A stretch of DNA of 64,000 nt from the NCBI GenBank assembly GCA_964016885.1, contig OZ024744.1, positions 22,258,001 through 22,322,000 of the forward strand. The letters run 5' to 3'. Under the pieces are notes generated by a model, which saw only the letters and a list, made by a program, of their open reading frames with translations, ran no database searches and was not told the DNA's origin. Below, piece after piece: positions 40,501-54,584 of this stretch. Source of the DNA: Eledone cirrhosa. Lineage: Eukaryota. The stretch's first letter is position 1. Every line of letters starts with the position of its first letter. The position numbers were made by a program, and so were the translations under genes.

Positions 40501-43500
40501 AGTGAGATGTTGTCGTGGTGGTCAGTTAGGTTGACATAGATAACATAGGTGGGATGTTGTCGTGGTCAGTTAGGTTGACATAGATAACATAGAGTGAGAT
40601 GTTGTCGTCGTGGTCAGTTAGGCTGACATAGAGAGCATAGAGTGAGATGTTGTCGTGGTCAGTTAGGTTCACATAGATAACATAGAGTGAGATGTTGTCG
40701 TGGTGGTCAGTTAGTTTGACATAGATAACATAGGTGGGATTTTGTCGTGGTGGTCAGTTACGTTGACATAGATAACATAGGTGAGTTGTTGTCGTGGTGG
40801 TCAGTTAGGTTGACATAGATAACATAGAGTGAGATGTTGTCGTTGTGGTCAGTTAGGTTGCCATAGATAACAAAGAGTAAGATGTTGTCGTGGTGGTCAG
40901 ATAGCTGGACATAGATAACATAGGTGGAATGTTGTCGTGGTGGTCAGTTAGGTTTACATAGATAACATAGGTGGGATGTTGTCGTGGTGGTCAGTTAGGT
41001 TGACATAGATAACATAGAGTGAGATGTTGTCGTGGTGGTCAATTAGGTTTACATAGATAACATAGGTGGGATGTTGGGGTGGTGGTCAGTTAGGTTGACA
41101 TAGATAACATAGAGTGAGATGTTTTCGTGGTGGTCAGTTAGGTTGACATAGATAACATAGAGTGAGATGTTGTCGTGGTGGTCAGTTAGGTTGACATAGA
41201 TAACATAGAGTGAGATGTTGTCGTGGTCAGTTAGGTTGACATAGATAACATAGGTGGGATGTTGTCGTGGTCAGTTAGGTTGACATAGATAACATAGGTG
41301 GGATGTTGTCGTGGTGGTCAGTTAGGTTGACATAGATTACATAGGTGGGATGTTGTCGGGGTGGTCAGTTAGGTTGACATAGATAACATAGAGTGAGATG
41401 TTGTCGTGGTGGTCGGTTAGGTTGACATAGATAACATAGGTGGGATGTTGTCGTGGTGGTCAGTTAGGTTGGCATAGATACCATAGAGTGAGATGTTGTC
41501 GTGGTGGTCAGTTAGGTTGACATAGATAACATAGAGTGAGATGATGTCGTGGTGGTCGGTTAGGTTGACATAGATAACATAGGTGGGATGTTGACATGGT
41601 CATTTAGGTTGACATCGATAACATAGAGTGAGATGTTGTCGTGGTGGTCAGTTAGATCGACATGGATAACATAGAGTGACATGTTGTCGTGGTGGTCAGT
41701 TAGGTTGACATATATAACATAGAGTGAGATGTTTTCGTGGTGGTCAGTTAGGTTGACATAGATAACATAGAGTGAGATGTTGTCGTGGTGGTCAGTTAGG
41801 TTGACATAGATAACATAGGTTGCATGTTGTCGTGGTGGTCAGATAGGTTGACATAGATAACATAGAGTGAGATGTTGTCATGGTGGTCAGTTAGCTTGAC
41901 ATAGATAACATAGAGTGAGGTGTTGTCGTGGTGGTCAGTTAGGTCGACATAGATAACATAGAGTGAGATGTTGTCGTGGTGGTCAGTTAGGTTGACATAG
42001 ATAACATAGAGTGAGATGTTGTCGTGGTGGTCAGTTAGTTTGACATAGATAACATAGAGTGAGATGGTGTCGTGGTGGTCAGATAGGTTGACATAGATAA
42101 CATAGAGTGAGATGTTGTCGTGGTGGTCAGTTAGGTTGACATAGATAACATAGGTGGGATGTTGTCATGGTCAGTTAGGTTGCCATAGATAACATAGAGT
42201 GAGATGATGTCGTGGTGGTCAGTTAGTTTGACATTGATAACATAGAGTGAGATGTTGTCGTGGTGGTCAGTTAGGTTGACATAGATAACATAGAATGGGA
42301 TGTTTTCGTGGTCGGTTAGGTTGACATACATAACATAGAGTGAGATGTTGTCGTGGTGGTCAGTTAGCTTGACATAGATAAGATAGGTGAGATGTTGTCG
42401 TGGTGGTCAGTTAGGTTGATATAGATAACATAGAGTGAGATGTTGTCGTGGTGGTCAGTTAGGTTGACATAGATAACATAGGTGGGCTGTTGTCGAGTTG
42501 GTCAGTTAGGTTGACATAGATGACATAGGTGCGATGTTGTCGTGGTGCTCAGTTAGGTTGACATAGATAACATAGAGTGAGATGTTGTCGTGGTGGTCAG
42601 TTAGCTTGACATAGATAACATAGAGTGAGATGTTGTCGTGGTTGTCAGTTAGGTTGACATAGATAACATAGAGTGAGATGTTGTCGTGGTGGTCAGTTAG
42701 GTTGACATAGATAACATAGGTGGGATGTTGTCGTGGTGGTCAGTTAGGTTGACATAGATAATATAGGTGGGATGTTGTCGTGGTCAGTTAGGTTGACATA
42801 GATAACATAGAGTGAGATGTTGTCGTCGTGGTCAGTTAGGCTGACATAGAGAGCATAGAGTGAGATGTTGTCGTGGTCAGTTAGGTTGACATAGATAACA
42901 TAGAGTAAGATGTTGTCGTGGTGGTCAGTTAGGTTGACATAGATAACATAGGTGAGATGTTGTCGTGGTGGTCAGTTAGGTTGACATAGATAACATAGAG
43001 TGAGATGTTGTCGTTGTGGTCAGTTAGGTTGACATAGATAACATAGAGTGAGATGTTGTCGTGGTGGTCAGTTAGGTTGACATAGATAACATAGAGTGAG
43101 ATGTTGTCGTGGTCAGTTAGGTTGACATAGATAACATAGGTGGGATGTTGACATGGTCATTTAGGTTGACATAGATAACATAGAGTGAGATGTTGTCGTG
43201 GTGGTCAGTTAGATCGACATATATAACATAGAGTGAGATGTTGTCGTGGTGGTCAGTTAGGTTGACATAGATAACATAGGTGGGATGTTGTCGTGGTCAG
43301 TTAGGTTGACATAGATAACATAGAGTGAGATGTTGTCGTCGTGGTCAGTTAGGCTGACATAGAGAGCATAGAGTGAGATGTTGTCGTGGTCAGTTAGGTT
43401 CACATAGATAACATAGAGTGAGATGTTGTCGTGGTGGTCAGTTAGTTTGACATAGATAACATAGGTGGGATTTTGTCGTGGTGGTCAGTTACGTTGACAT

Positions 43501-45430
43501 AGATAACATAGGTGAGTTGTTGTCGTGGTGGTCAGTTAGGTTGACATAGATAACATAGAGTGAGATGTTGTCGTTGTGGTCAGTTAGGTTGCCATAGATA
43601 ACAAAGAGTAAGATGTTGTCGTGGTGGTCAGATAGCTGGACATAGATAACATAGGTGGAATGTTGTCGTGGTGGTCAGTTAGGTTTACATAGATAACATA
43701 GGTGGGATGTTGTCGTGGTGGTCAGTTAGGTTGACATAGATAACATAGAGTGAGATGTTGTCGTGGTGGTCAATTAGGTTTACATAGATAACATAGGTGG
43801 GATGTTGGGGTGGTGGTCAGTTAGGTTGACATAGATAACATAGAGTGAGATGTTTTCGTGGTGGTCAGTTAGGTTGACATAGATAACATAGAGTGAGATG
43901 TTGTCGTGGTGGTCAGTTAGGTTGACATAGATAACATAGAGTGAGATGTTGTCGTGGTCAGTTAGGTTGACATAGATAACATAGGTGGGATGTTGTCGTG
44001 GTCAGTTAGGTTGACATAGATAACATAGGTGGGATGTTGTCGTGGTGGTCAGTTAGGTTGACATAGATTACATAGGTGGGATGTTGTCGGGGTGGTCAGT
44101 TAGGTTGACATAGATAACATAGAGTGAGATGTTGTCGTGGTGGTCGGTTAGGTTGACATAGATAACATAGGTGGGATGTTGTCGTGGTGGTCAGTTAGGT
44201 TGGCATAGATACCATAGAGTGAGATGTTGTCGTGGTGGTCAGTTAGGTTGACATAGATAACATAGAGTGAGATGATGTCGTGGTGGTCAGTTAGGTTGAC
44301 ATAGATAACATAGGTGGGATGTTGACATGGTCATTTAGGTTGACATCGATAACATAGAGTGAGATGTTGTCGTGGTGGTCAGTTAGATCGACATGGATAA
44401 CATAGAGTGACATGTTGTCGTGGTGGTCAGTTAGGTTGACATATATAACATAGAGTGAGATGTTTTCGTGGTGGTCAGTTAGGTTGACATAGATAACATA
44501 GAGTGAGATGTTGTCGTGGTGGTCAGTTAGGTTGACATAGATAACATAGGTTGCATGTTGTCGTGGTGGTCAGATAGGTTGACATAGATAACATAGAGTG
44601 AGATGTTGTCATGGTGGTCAGTTAGCTTGACATAGATAACATAGAGTGAGGTGTTGTCGTGGTGGTCAGTTAGGTCGACATAGATAACATAGAGTGAGAT
44701 GTTGTCGTGGTGGTCAGTTAGGTTGACATAGATAACATAGAGTGAGATGTTGTCGTGGTGGTCAGTTAGTTTGACATAGATAACATAGAGTGAGATGGTG
44801 TCGTGGTGGTCAGATAGGTTGACATAGATAACATAGAGTGAGATGTTGTCGTGGTGGTCAGTTAGGTTGACATAGATAACATAGGTGGGATGTTGTCATG
44901 GTCAGTTAGGTTGCCATAGATAACATAGAGTGAGATGATGTCGTGGTGGTCAGTTAGTTTGACATTGATAACATAGAGTGAGATGTTGTCGTGGTGGTCA
45001 GTTAGGTTGACATAGATAACATAGAATGGGATGTTTTCGTGGTCGGTTAGGTTGACATACATAACATAGAGTGAGATGTTGTCGTGGTGGTCAGTTAGCT
45101 TGACATAGATAAGATAGGTGAGATGTTGTCGTGGTGGTCAGTTAGGTTGATATAGATAACATAGAGTGAGATGTTGTCGTGGTGGTCAGTTAGGTTGACA
45201 TAGATAACATAGGTGGGCTGTTGTCGAGTTGGTCAGTTAGGTTGACATAGATGACATAGGTGCGATGTTGTCGTGGTGCTCAGTTAGGTTGACATAGATA
45301 ACATAGAGTGAGATGTTGTCGTGGTGGTCAGTTAGCTTGACATAGATAACATAGAGTGAGATGTTGTCGTGGTTGTCAGTTAGGTTGACATAGATAACAT
45401 AGAGTGAGATGTTGTCGTGGTGGTCAGTTA
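36600..45430 (+). repeat. 2,731-bp HOR, about three tandem copies, one with a 380-bp (8-monomer) deletion
   Basis: The ORF segment occurs at 37049, 39780, 42131 and 44862 (gaps of 2731, 2351 and 2731). TGAGTTGTTG occurs at 38431, 40782 and 43513. The deletion junction is near 40040. Confidence 0.85.
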
Positions 45431-48400
45431 GGTTGACATAGATAATATAGGTGGGATGTTGTCGTGGTCAGTTAGGTTGACATAGATAACATAGAGTGAG
45501 ATGTTGTCGTCGTGGTCAGTTAGGCTGACATAGAGAGCATAGAGTGAGATGTTGTCGTGGTCAGTTAGGTTGACATAGATAACATAGGTGAGATGTTGTC
45601 GTGGTGGTCAGTTAGGTTGACATAGATAACATAGAGTGAGATGTTGTCGTTGTGGTCAGTTAGGTTGACATAGATAACATAGAGTAAGATGTTGTCGTGG
45701 TGGTCAGATAGCTGGACATAGATAACATAGGTGGGATGTTGTCGTGGTGGTCAGTTAGGTTTACATAGATAACATACAGTGTGATGTTGACGTGGTGGTC
45801 TTTTAGGTTGACATAGATAACATAGGTGGGATGTTGTCGTGGTGGTCAGTTAGGTTGACATAGATAACATAGGTGAGATGTTGTCGTGGTGGTCAGTTAG
45901 GTTGACATAGATAACATAGAGTGAGATGTTGTCGTGGTGGTCAGTTAGGTTGACATAGATAACATAGGTGGGATGTTGTCGTGGTGGTCAGTTAGTTTGA
46001 CATAGATAACATTGGTGAGATGTTGTCGTGGTGGTCAGTTAGGTTGACATAGATAACATTGGTTAGATGTTGTCGTGGTGGTCAGTTAGGTTGACACAGA
46101 TAACATAGGTGGGATGTTGTCGTGGTGGTCAGTTAGGTTGACATAGATAACATAGAGTGAGATGTTGTCGTGGTGGTCAGTTAGGTTTACATAGATAACA
46201 TAGAGTGAGATGTTGTCGTGGTGGTCAGATAGGTTGACATAGATAACATAGAGTGAGATGTTGTCGTGGTGGTCAGTTAGGTTGACATAGATAACATAGG
46301 TGGGATGTTGTCATGGTCAGTTAGGTTGCCATAGATAACATAGAGTGATATGATGTCGTGGTGGTCAGTTAGTTTGACATTGATAACATAGAGTGAGATG
46401 TTGTCGTGGTGGTCAGATAGGTTGACATAGATAACATAGAATGGGATGTTTTCGTGGTCGGTTAGGTTGACATACATAACATAGAGTGAGATGTTGTCGT
46501 GGTGGTCAGTTAGCTTGACATAGATAAGATAGGTGAGATGTTGTCGTGGTGGTCAGTTAGGTTGATATAGATAACATAGAGTGAGATGTTGTCGTGGTGG
46601 TCAGTTAGGTTGACATAGATAACATAGGTGGGCTGTTGTCGAGTTGGTCAGTTAGGTTGACATAGATGACATAGGTGGGATGTTGTCGTGGTGGTCAGTT
46701 AGGTTGACATAGATAACATAGAGTGAGATGTTGTCGTGGTGGTCAGTTAGCTTGACATAGATAACATAGAGTGAGATGTTGTCGTGGTTGTCAGTTAGGT
46801 TGACATAGATAACATAGAGTGAGATGTTGTCGTGGTGGTCAGTTAGGTTGACATAGATAACATAGGTGGGATGTTGTCGTGGTGGTCAGTTAGGTTGACA
46901 TAGATAACATAGGTGGGATGTTGTCGTGGTCAGTTAGGTTGACATAGATAACATAGAGTGAGATGTTGTCGTCGTGGTCAGTTAGGCTGACATAGAGAGC
47001 ATAGAGTGAGATGTTGTCGTGGTCAGTTAGGTTGACATAGATAACATAGAGTAAGATGTTGTCGTGGTGGTCAGGTAGCTGGACATAGATAACATAGGTG
47101 GGATGTTGTCGTGGTGGTCAGTTAGGTTTACATAGATAACATACAGTGAGATGTTGACGTGGTGGTCTTTTAGGTTGACATAGATAACATAGGTGGGATG
47201 TTGTCGTGGTGATCAGTTAGGTTGACATAGATAACATAGGTGAGATGTTGTCGTGGTGGTCAGTTAGGTTGACATAGATAACATAGAGTGAGATGTTGTC
47301 GTGGTGGTCAGTTAGGTTGACATAGATAACATAGGTGGGATGTTGTCGTGGTGGTCAGTTAGTTTGACATAGATAACATTGGTGAGATGTTGTCGTGGTG
47401 GTCAGTTAGGTTGACATAGATAACATTGGTTAGATGTTGTCGTGGTGGTCAGTTAGGTTGACACAGATAACATAGGTGGGATGTTGTCGTGGTGGTCAGT
47501 TAGGTTGACATAGATAACATAGAGTGAGATGTTGTCGTGGTGGTCAGGTAGGTTGACATAGATAACATAGATAGGAAGTTGTTGTGGTGGTCAGGTAGGT
47601 TGACATAGATAACATTGGTGTGTTGTTGTAGTGGTGGTCAGTTAGGTTGACATAGATAACATTTGTGAGATGTTGTCATGGTGGTCAGTTAGGTTGACAC
47701 AGATAACATAGGTGGGATGTTGTCGTGGTGGTCAGTTAGGTTGACATAGATAACATAGAGTGAGATGTTGTCGTGGTGGTCAGTTAGGTTGACATAGATA
47801 ACATAGAGTGAGATGTTGTCGTGGTGGTCAGTTAGGTTGACATAGATAACATAGAGTGAGATGTTGTCGTGGTCAGTTAGGTTGACATAGATAACATAGG
47901 TGGGATGTTGACATGGTCATTTAGGTTGACATAGATAACATAGAGTGAGATGTTGTCGTGGTGGTCAGTTAGATCGACATATATAACATAGAGTGAGATG
48001 TTGTCGTGGTGGTCAGTTAGGTTGACATAGATAACATAGGTGGGATGTTGTCGTGGTCAGTTAGGTTGACATAGATAACATAGAGTGAGATGTTGTCGTC
48101 GTGGTCAGTTAGGCTGACATAGAGAGCATAGAGTGAGATGTTGTCGTGGTCAGTTAGGTTCACATAGATAACATAGAGTGAGATGTTGTCGTGGTGGTCA
48201 GTTAGATCGACATATATAACATAGGTGGGATTTTGTCGTGGTGGTCAGTTACGTTGACATAGATAACATAGGTGAGATGTTGTCGTGGTGGTCAGTTAGG
48301 TTGACATAGATAACATAGAGTGAGATGTTGTCGTTGTGGTCAGTTAGGTTGCCATAGATAACAAAGAGTAAGATGTTGTCGTGGTGGTCAGATAGCTGGA

Positions 48401-51400
48401 CATAGATAACATAGGTGGAATGTTGTCGTGGTGGTCAGTTAGGTTTACATAGATAACATAGGTGGGATGTTGTCGTGGTGGTCAGTTAGGTTGACATAGA
48501 TAACATAGAGTGAGATGTTGTCGTGGTGGTCAATTAGGTTTACATAGATAACATAGGTGGGATGTTGGGGTGGTGGTCAGTTAGGTTGACATAGATAACA
48601 TAGAGTGAGATGTTTTCGTGGTGGTCAGTTAGGTTGACATAGATAACATAGAGTGAGATGTTGTCGTGGTGGTCAGTTAGGTTGACATAGATAACATAGA
48701 GTGAGATGTTGTCGTGGTCAGTTAGGTTGACATAGATAACATAGGTGGGATGTTGTCGTGGTCAGTTAGGTTGACATAGATAACATAGGTGGGATGTTGT
48801 CGTGGTGGTCAGTTAGGTTGACATAGATTACATAGGTGGGATGTTGTCGGGGTGGTCAGTTAGGTTGACATAGATAACATAGAGTGAGATGTTGTCGTGG
48901 TGGTCGGTTAGGTTGACATAGATAACATAGGTGGGATGTTGTCGTGGTGGTCAGTTAGGTTGGCATAGATACCATAGAGTGAGATGTTGTGGTGGTGGTC
49001 AGTTAGGTTGACATAGATAACATAGAGTGAGATGATGTCGTGGTGGTCAGTTAGGTTGACATAGATAACATAGGTGGGATGTTGACATGGTCATTTAGGT
49101 TGACATCGATAACATAGAGTGAGATGTTGTCGTGGTGGTCAGTTAGATCGACATGGATAACATAGAGTGACATGTTGTCGTGGTGGTCAGTTAGGTTGAC
49201 ATATATAACATAGAGTGAGATGTTTTCGTGGTGGTCAGTTAGGTTGACATAGATAACATAGAGTGAGATGTTGTCGTGGTGGTCAGTTAGGTTGACATAG
49301 ATAACATAGGTTGCATGTTGTCGTGGTGGTCAGATAGGTTGACATAGATAACATAGAGTGAGATGTTGTCATGGTGGTCAGTTAGCTTGACATAGATAAC
49401 ATAGAGTGAGGTGTTGTCGTGGTGGTCAGTTAGGTCGACATAGATAACATAGAGTGAGATGTTGTCGTGGTGGTCAGTTAGGTTGACATAGATAACATAG
49501 AGTGAGATGTTGTCGTGGTGGTCAGTTAGTTTGACATAGATAACATAGAGTGAGATGGTGTCGTGGTGGTCAGATAGGTTGACATAGATAACATAGAGTG
49601 AGATGTTGTCGTGGTGGTCAGTTAGGTTGACATAGATAACATAGGTGGGATGTTGTCATGGTCAGTTAGGTTGCCATAGATAACATAGAGTGAGATGATG
49701 TCGTGGTGGTCAGTTAGTTTGACATTGATAACATAGAGTGAGATATTGTCGTGGTGGTCAGTTAGGTTGACATAGATAACATAGAATGGGATGTTTTCGT
49801 GGTCGGTTAGGTTGACATACATAACATAGAGTGAGATGTTGTCGTGGTGGTCAATTAGCTTGACATAGATAAGATAGGTGAGATGTTGTCGTGGTGGTCA
49901 GTTAGGTTGATATAGATAACATAGAGTGAGATGTTCTCGTGGTGGTCAGTTAGGTTGACATAGATAACATAGGTGGGCTGTTGTCGAGTTGGTCAGTTAG
50001 GTTGACATAGATGACATAGGTGCGATGTTGTCGTGGTGCTCAGTTAGGTTGACATAGATAACATAGAGTGAGATGTTGTCGTGGTGGTCAGTTAGCTTGA
50101 CATAGATAACATAGAGTGAGATGTTGTCGTGGTTGTCAGTTAGGTTGACATAGATAACATAGAGTGAGATGTTGTCGTGGTGGTCAGTTAGGTTGACATA
50201 GATAACATAGGTGGGATGTTGTCGTGGTGGTCAGTTAGGTTGACATAGATAATATAGGTGGGATGTTGTCGTGGTCAGTTAGGTTGACATAGATAACATA
50301 GAGTGAGATGTTGTCGTCGTGGTCAGTTAGGCTGACATAGAGAGCATAGAGTGAGATGTTGTCGTGGTCAGTTAGGTTGACATAGATAACATAGAGTAAG
50401 ATGTTGTCGTGGTGGTCAGTTAGGTTGACATAGATAACATAGGTGAGATGTTGTCGTGGTGGTCAGTTAGGTTGACATAGATAACATAGAGTGAGATGTT
50501 GTCGTTGTGGTCAGTTAGGTTGACATAGATAACATAGAGTAAGATGTTGTCGTGGTGGTCAGATAGCTGGACATAGATAACATAGGTGGGATGTTGTCGT
50601 GGTGGTCAGTTAGGTTTACATAGATAACATACAGTGTGATGTTGACGTGGTGGTCTTTTAGGTTGACATAGATAACATAGGTGGGATGTTGTCGTGGTGG
50701 TCAGTTAGGTTGACATAGATAACATAGGTGAGATGTTGTCGTGGTGGTCAGTTAGGTTGACATAGATAACATAGAGTGAGATGTTGTCGTGGTGGTCAGT
50801 TAGGTTGACATAGATAACATAGGTGGGATGTTGTCGTGGGGGTCAGTTAGTTTGACATAGATAACATTGGTGAGATGTTGTCGTGGTGGTCAGTTAGGTT
50901 GACATAGATAACATTGGTTAGATGTTGTTGTGGTGGTCAGTTAGGTTGACACAGATAACATAGGTGGGATGTTGTCGTGGTGGTCAGTTAGGTTGACATA
51001 GATAACATAGAGTGAGATGTTGTCGTGGTGGTCAGTTAGGTTTACATAGATAACATAGAGTGAGATGTTGTCGTGGTGGTCAGATAGGTTGACATAGATA
51101 ACATAGAGTGAGATGTTGTCGTGGTGGTCAGTTAGGTTGACATAGATAACATAGGTGGGATGTTGTCATGGTCAGTTAGGTTGCCATAGATAACATAGAG
51201 TGATATGATGTCGTGGTGGTCAGTTAGTTTGACATTGATAACATAGAGTGAGATGTTGTCGTGGTGGTCAGATAGGTTGACATAGATAACATAGAATGGG
51301 ATGTTTTCGTGGTCGGTTAGGTTGACATACATAACATAGAGTGAGATGTTGTCGTGGTGGTCAGTTAGCTTGACATAGATAAGATAGGTGAGATGTTGTC

Positions 51401-51900
51401 GTGGTGGTCAGTTAGGTTGATATAGATAACATAGAGTGAGATGTTGTCGTGGTGGTCAGTTAGGTTGACATAGATAACATAGGTGGGCTGTTGTCGAGTT
51501 GGTCAGTTAGGTTGACATAGATGACATAGGTGGGATGTTGTCGTGGTGGTCAGTTAGGTTGACATAGATAACATAGAGTGAAATGTTGTCGTGGTGGTCA
51601 GTTAGCTTGACATAGATAACATAGAGTGAGATGTTGTCGTGGTTGTCAGTTAGGTTGACATAGATAACATAGAGTGAGATGTTGTCGTGGTGGTCAGTTA
51701 GGTTGACATAGATAACATAGGTGGGATGTTGTCGTGGTGGTCAGTTAGGTTGACATAGATAACATAGGTGGGATGTTGTCGTGGTCAGTTAGGTTGACAT
51801 AGATAACATAGAGTGAGATGTTGTCGTCGTGGTCAGTTAGGCTGACATAGAGAGCATAGAGTGAGATGTTGTCGTGGTCAGTTAGGTTGACATAGATAAC
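43200..51900 (+). repeat. Duplication with about 4.76-4.86 kb offset
   Basis: GATTACA (44066/48826) and the ORF segment (44862/49622) are 4760 apart. ACAGTGTGATG (45776/50631) and the NLSD-variant segment (46277/51132) are 4855 apart, which is two monomers more. Confidence 0.75.
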
Positions 51901-54584
51901 ATAGAGTGAGATGTTGTCGTGGTGGTCAGTTTGGTTGACATAGATAACATAGGTGGGATGTTGTCGTGGTGGTCAGTTACGTTGACATAGATAACATAGG
52001 TGAGATGTTGTCGTGGTGGTCAGTTAGGTTGACATAGATAACATAGAGTGAGATGTTGTCGTTGTGGTCAGTTAGGTTGACATAGATAACATAGAGTAAG
52101 ATGTTGTCGTGGTGGTCAGGTAGCTGGACATAGATAACATAGGTGGGATGTTGTCGTGGTGGTCAGTTAGGTTTACATAGATAACATACAGTGAGATGTT
52201 GACGTGGTGGTCTTTTAGGTTGACATAGATAACATAGGTGGGATGTTGTCGTGGTGGTCAGTTAGGTTGACATAGATAACATAGGTGAGATGTTGTCGTG
52301 GTGGTCAGTTAGGTTGACATAGATAACATAGAGTGAGATGTTGTCGTGGTGGTCAGTTAGGTTGACATAGATAACATAGGTGGGATGTTGTCGTGGTGGT
52401 CAGTTAGTTTGACATAGATAACATTGGTGAGATGTTGTCGTGGTGGTCAGTTAGGTTGACATAGATAACATTGGTTAGATGTTGTCGTGGTGGTCAGTTA
52501 GGTTGACACAGATAACATAGGTGGGATGTTGTCGTGGTGGTCAGTTAGGTTGACATAGATAACATAGAGTGAGATGTTGTCGTGGTGGTCAGGTAGGTTG
52601 ACATAGATAACATAGATAGGAAGTTGTTGTGGTGGTCAGGTAGGTTGACATAGATAACATTGGTGTGTTGTTGTAGTGGTGGTCAGTTAGGTTGACATAG
52701 ATAACATAGAGTGAGATGTTGTCGTGGTGGTCAGTTAGGTTGACATAGATAACATAGAGTGAGATGTTGTCGTGGTCAGTTAGGTTGACATAGATAACAT
52801 AGGTGGGATGTTGTCGTGGTCAGTTAGGTTGACATAGATAACATAGAGTGAGATGTTGTCGTCGTGGTCAGTTAGGCTGACATAGAGAGCATAGAGTGAG
52901 ATGTTGTCGTGGTCAGTTAGGTTGACATAGATAACACAGAGTGAGATGTTGTCGTGGTGGTCAGTTAGTTTGACATAGATAACATAGGTGGGATTTTGTC
53001 GTGGTGGTCAGTTACGTTGACATAGATAACATAGGTGAGATGTTGTCGTGGTGGTCAGTTAGGTTGACATAGATAACATAGAGTGAGATGTTGTCGTTGT
53101 GGTCAGTTAGGTTGCCATAGATAACAAAGAGTAAGATGTTGTCGTGGTGGTCAGATAGCTGGACATAGATAACATAGGTGGAATGTTGTCGTGGTGGTCA
53201 GTTAGGTTTACATAGATAACATAGGTGGGATGTTGTCGTGGTGGTCAGTTAGGTTGACATAGATAACATAGAGTGAGATGTTGTCGTGGTGGTCAATTAG
53301 GTGTACATAGATAACATAGGTGGGATGTTGGGGTGGTGGTCAGTTAGGTTGACATAGATAACATAGAGTGAGATGTTTTCGTGGTGGTCAGTTAGGTTGA
53401 CATAGATAACATAGAGTGAGATGTTGTCGTGGTGGTCAGTTAGGTTGACATAGATAACATATAGTGAGATGTTGTCGTGGTCAGTTAGGTTGACATAGAT
53501 AACATAGGTGGGATGTTGTCGTGGTCAGTTAGGTTGACATAGATAACATAGAGTGAGATGTTGTCGTGGTGGTCGGTTAGGTTGACATAGATAACATAGG
53601 TGGGATGTTGTCGTGGTGGTCAGTTAGGTTGGCATAGATACCATAGAGTGAGATGTTGTCGTGGTGGTCAGTTAGGTTGACATAGATAACATAGAGTGAG
53701 ATGATGTCGTGGTGGTCAGTTAGGTTGACATAGATAACATAGGTGGGATGTTGACATGGTCATTTAGGTTGACATAGATAACATAGAGTGAGATGTTGTC
53801 GTGGTGGTCAGTTAGATCGACATGGATAACATAGAGTGACATGTTGTAGTGGTGGTCAGTTAGGTTGACATAGATAACATTTGTGAGATGTTGTCATGGT
53901 GGTCAGTTAGGTTGACACAGATAACATAGGTGGGATGTTGTCGTGGTGGTCAGTTAGGTTGACATATATAAGATAGAGTGAGATGTTGTCGTGGTGGTCA
54001 GTTAGGTTGACATAGATAACATAGAGTGAGATGTTGTCGTGGTGGTCAGTTAGGTTGACATAGATAACATAGAGTGAGATATTGTCGTGGTCAGTTAGGT
54101 TGACATAGATAACATAGGTGGGATGTTGACATGGTCATTTAGGTTGACATAGATAACATAGAGTGAGATGTTGTCGTGGTGGTCAGTTAGATCGACATGG
54201 ATAACATAGAGTGACATGTTGTCGTGGTGGTCAGTTAGGTTGACATATATAACATAGAGTGAGATGTTTTCGTGGTGGTCAGTTAGGTTGACATAGATAA
54301 CATAGAGTGAGATGTTGTCGTGGTGGTCAGTTAGGTTGACATAGATAACATAGGTTGGATGTGTCGTGGTGGTCAGTTAGGTTGACATAGATAACATAGA
54401 GTGAGATGTTGTCGTGGTGGTCAGTTAGGTTGACATAGATAACATAGAGTGAGATGTTGTCGTGGTGGTCAGTTAGGTTTACATAGATAACATAGGTGGG
54501 ATGTTGTCGTGGTCAGTTAGGTTGACATAGATAACATAGAGTGAGATGTTGTCGTCGTGGTCAGTTAGGCTGACATAGAGAGAA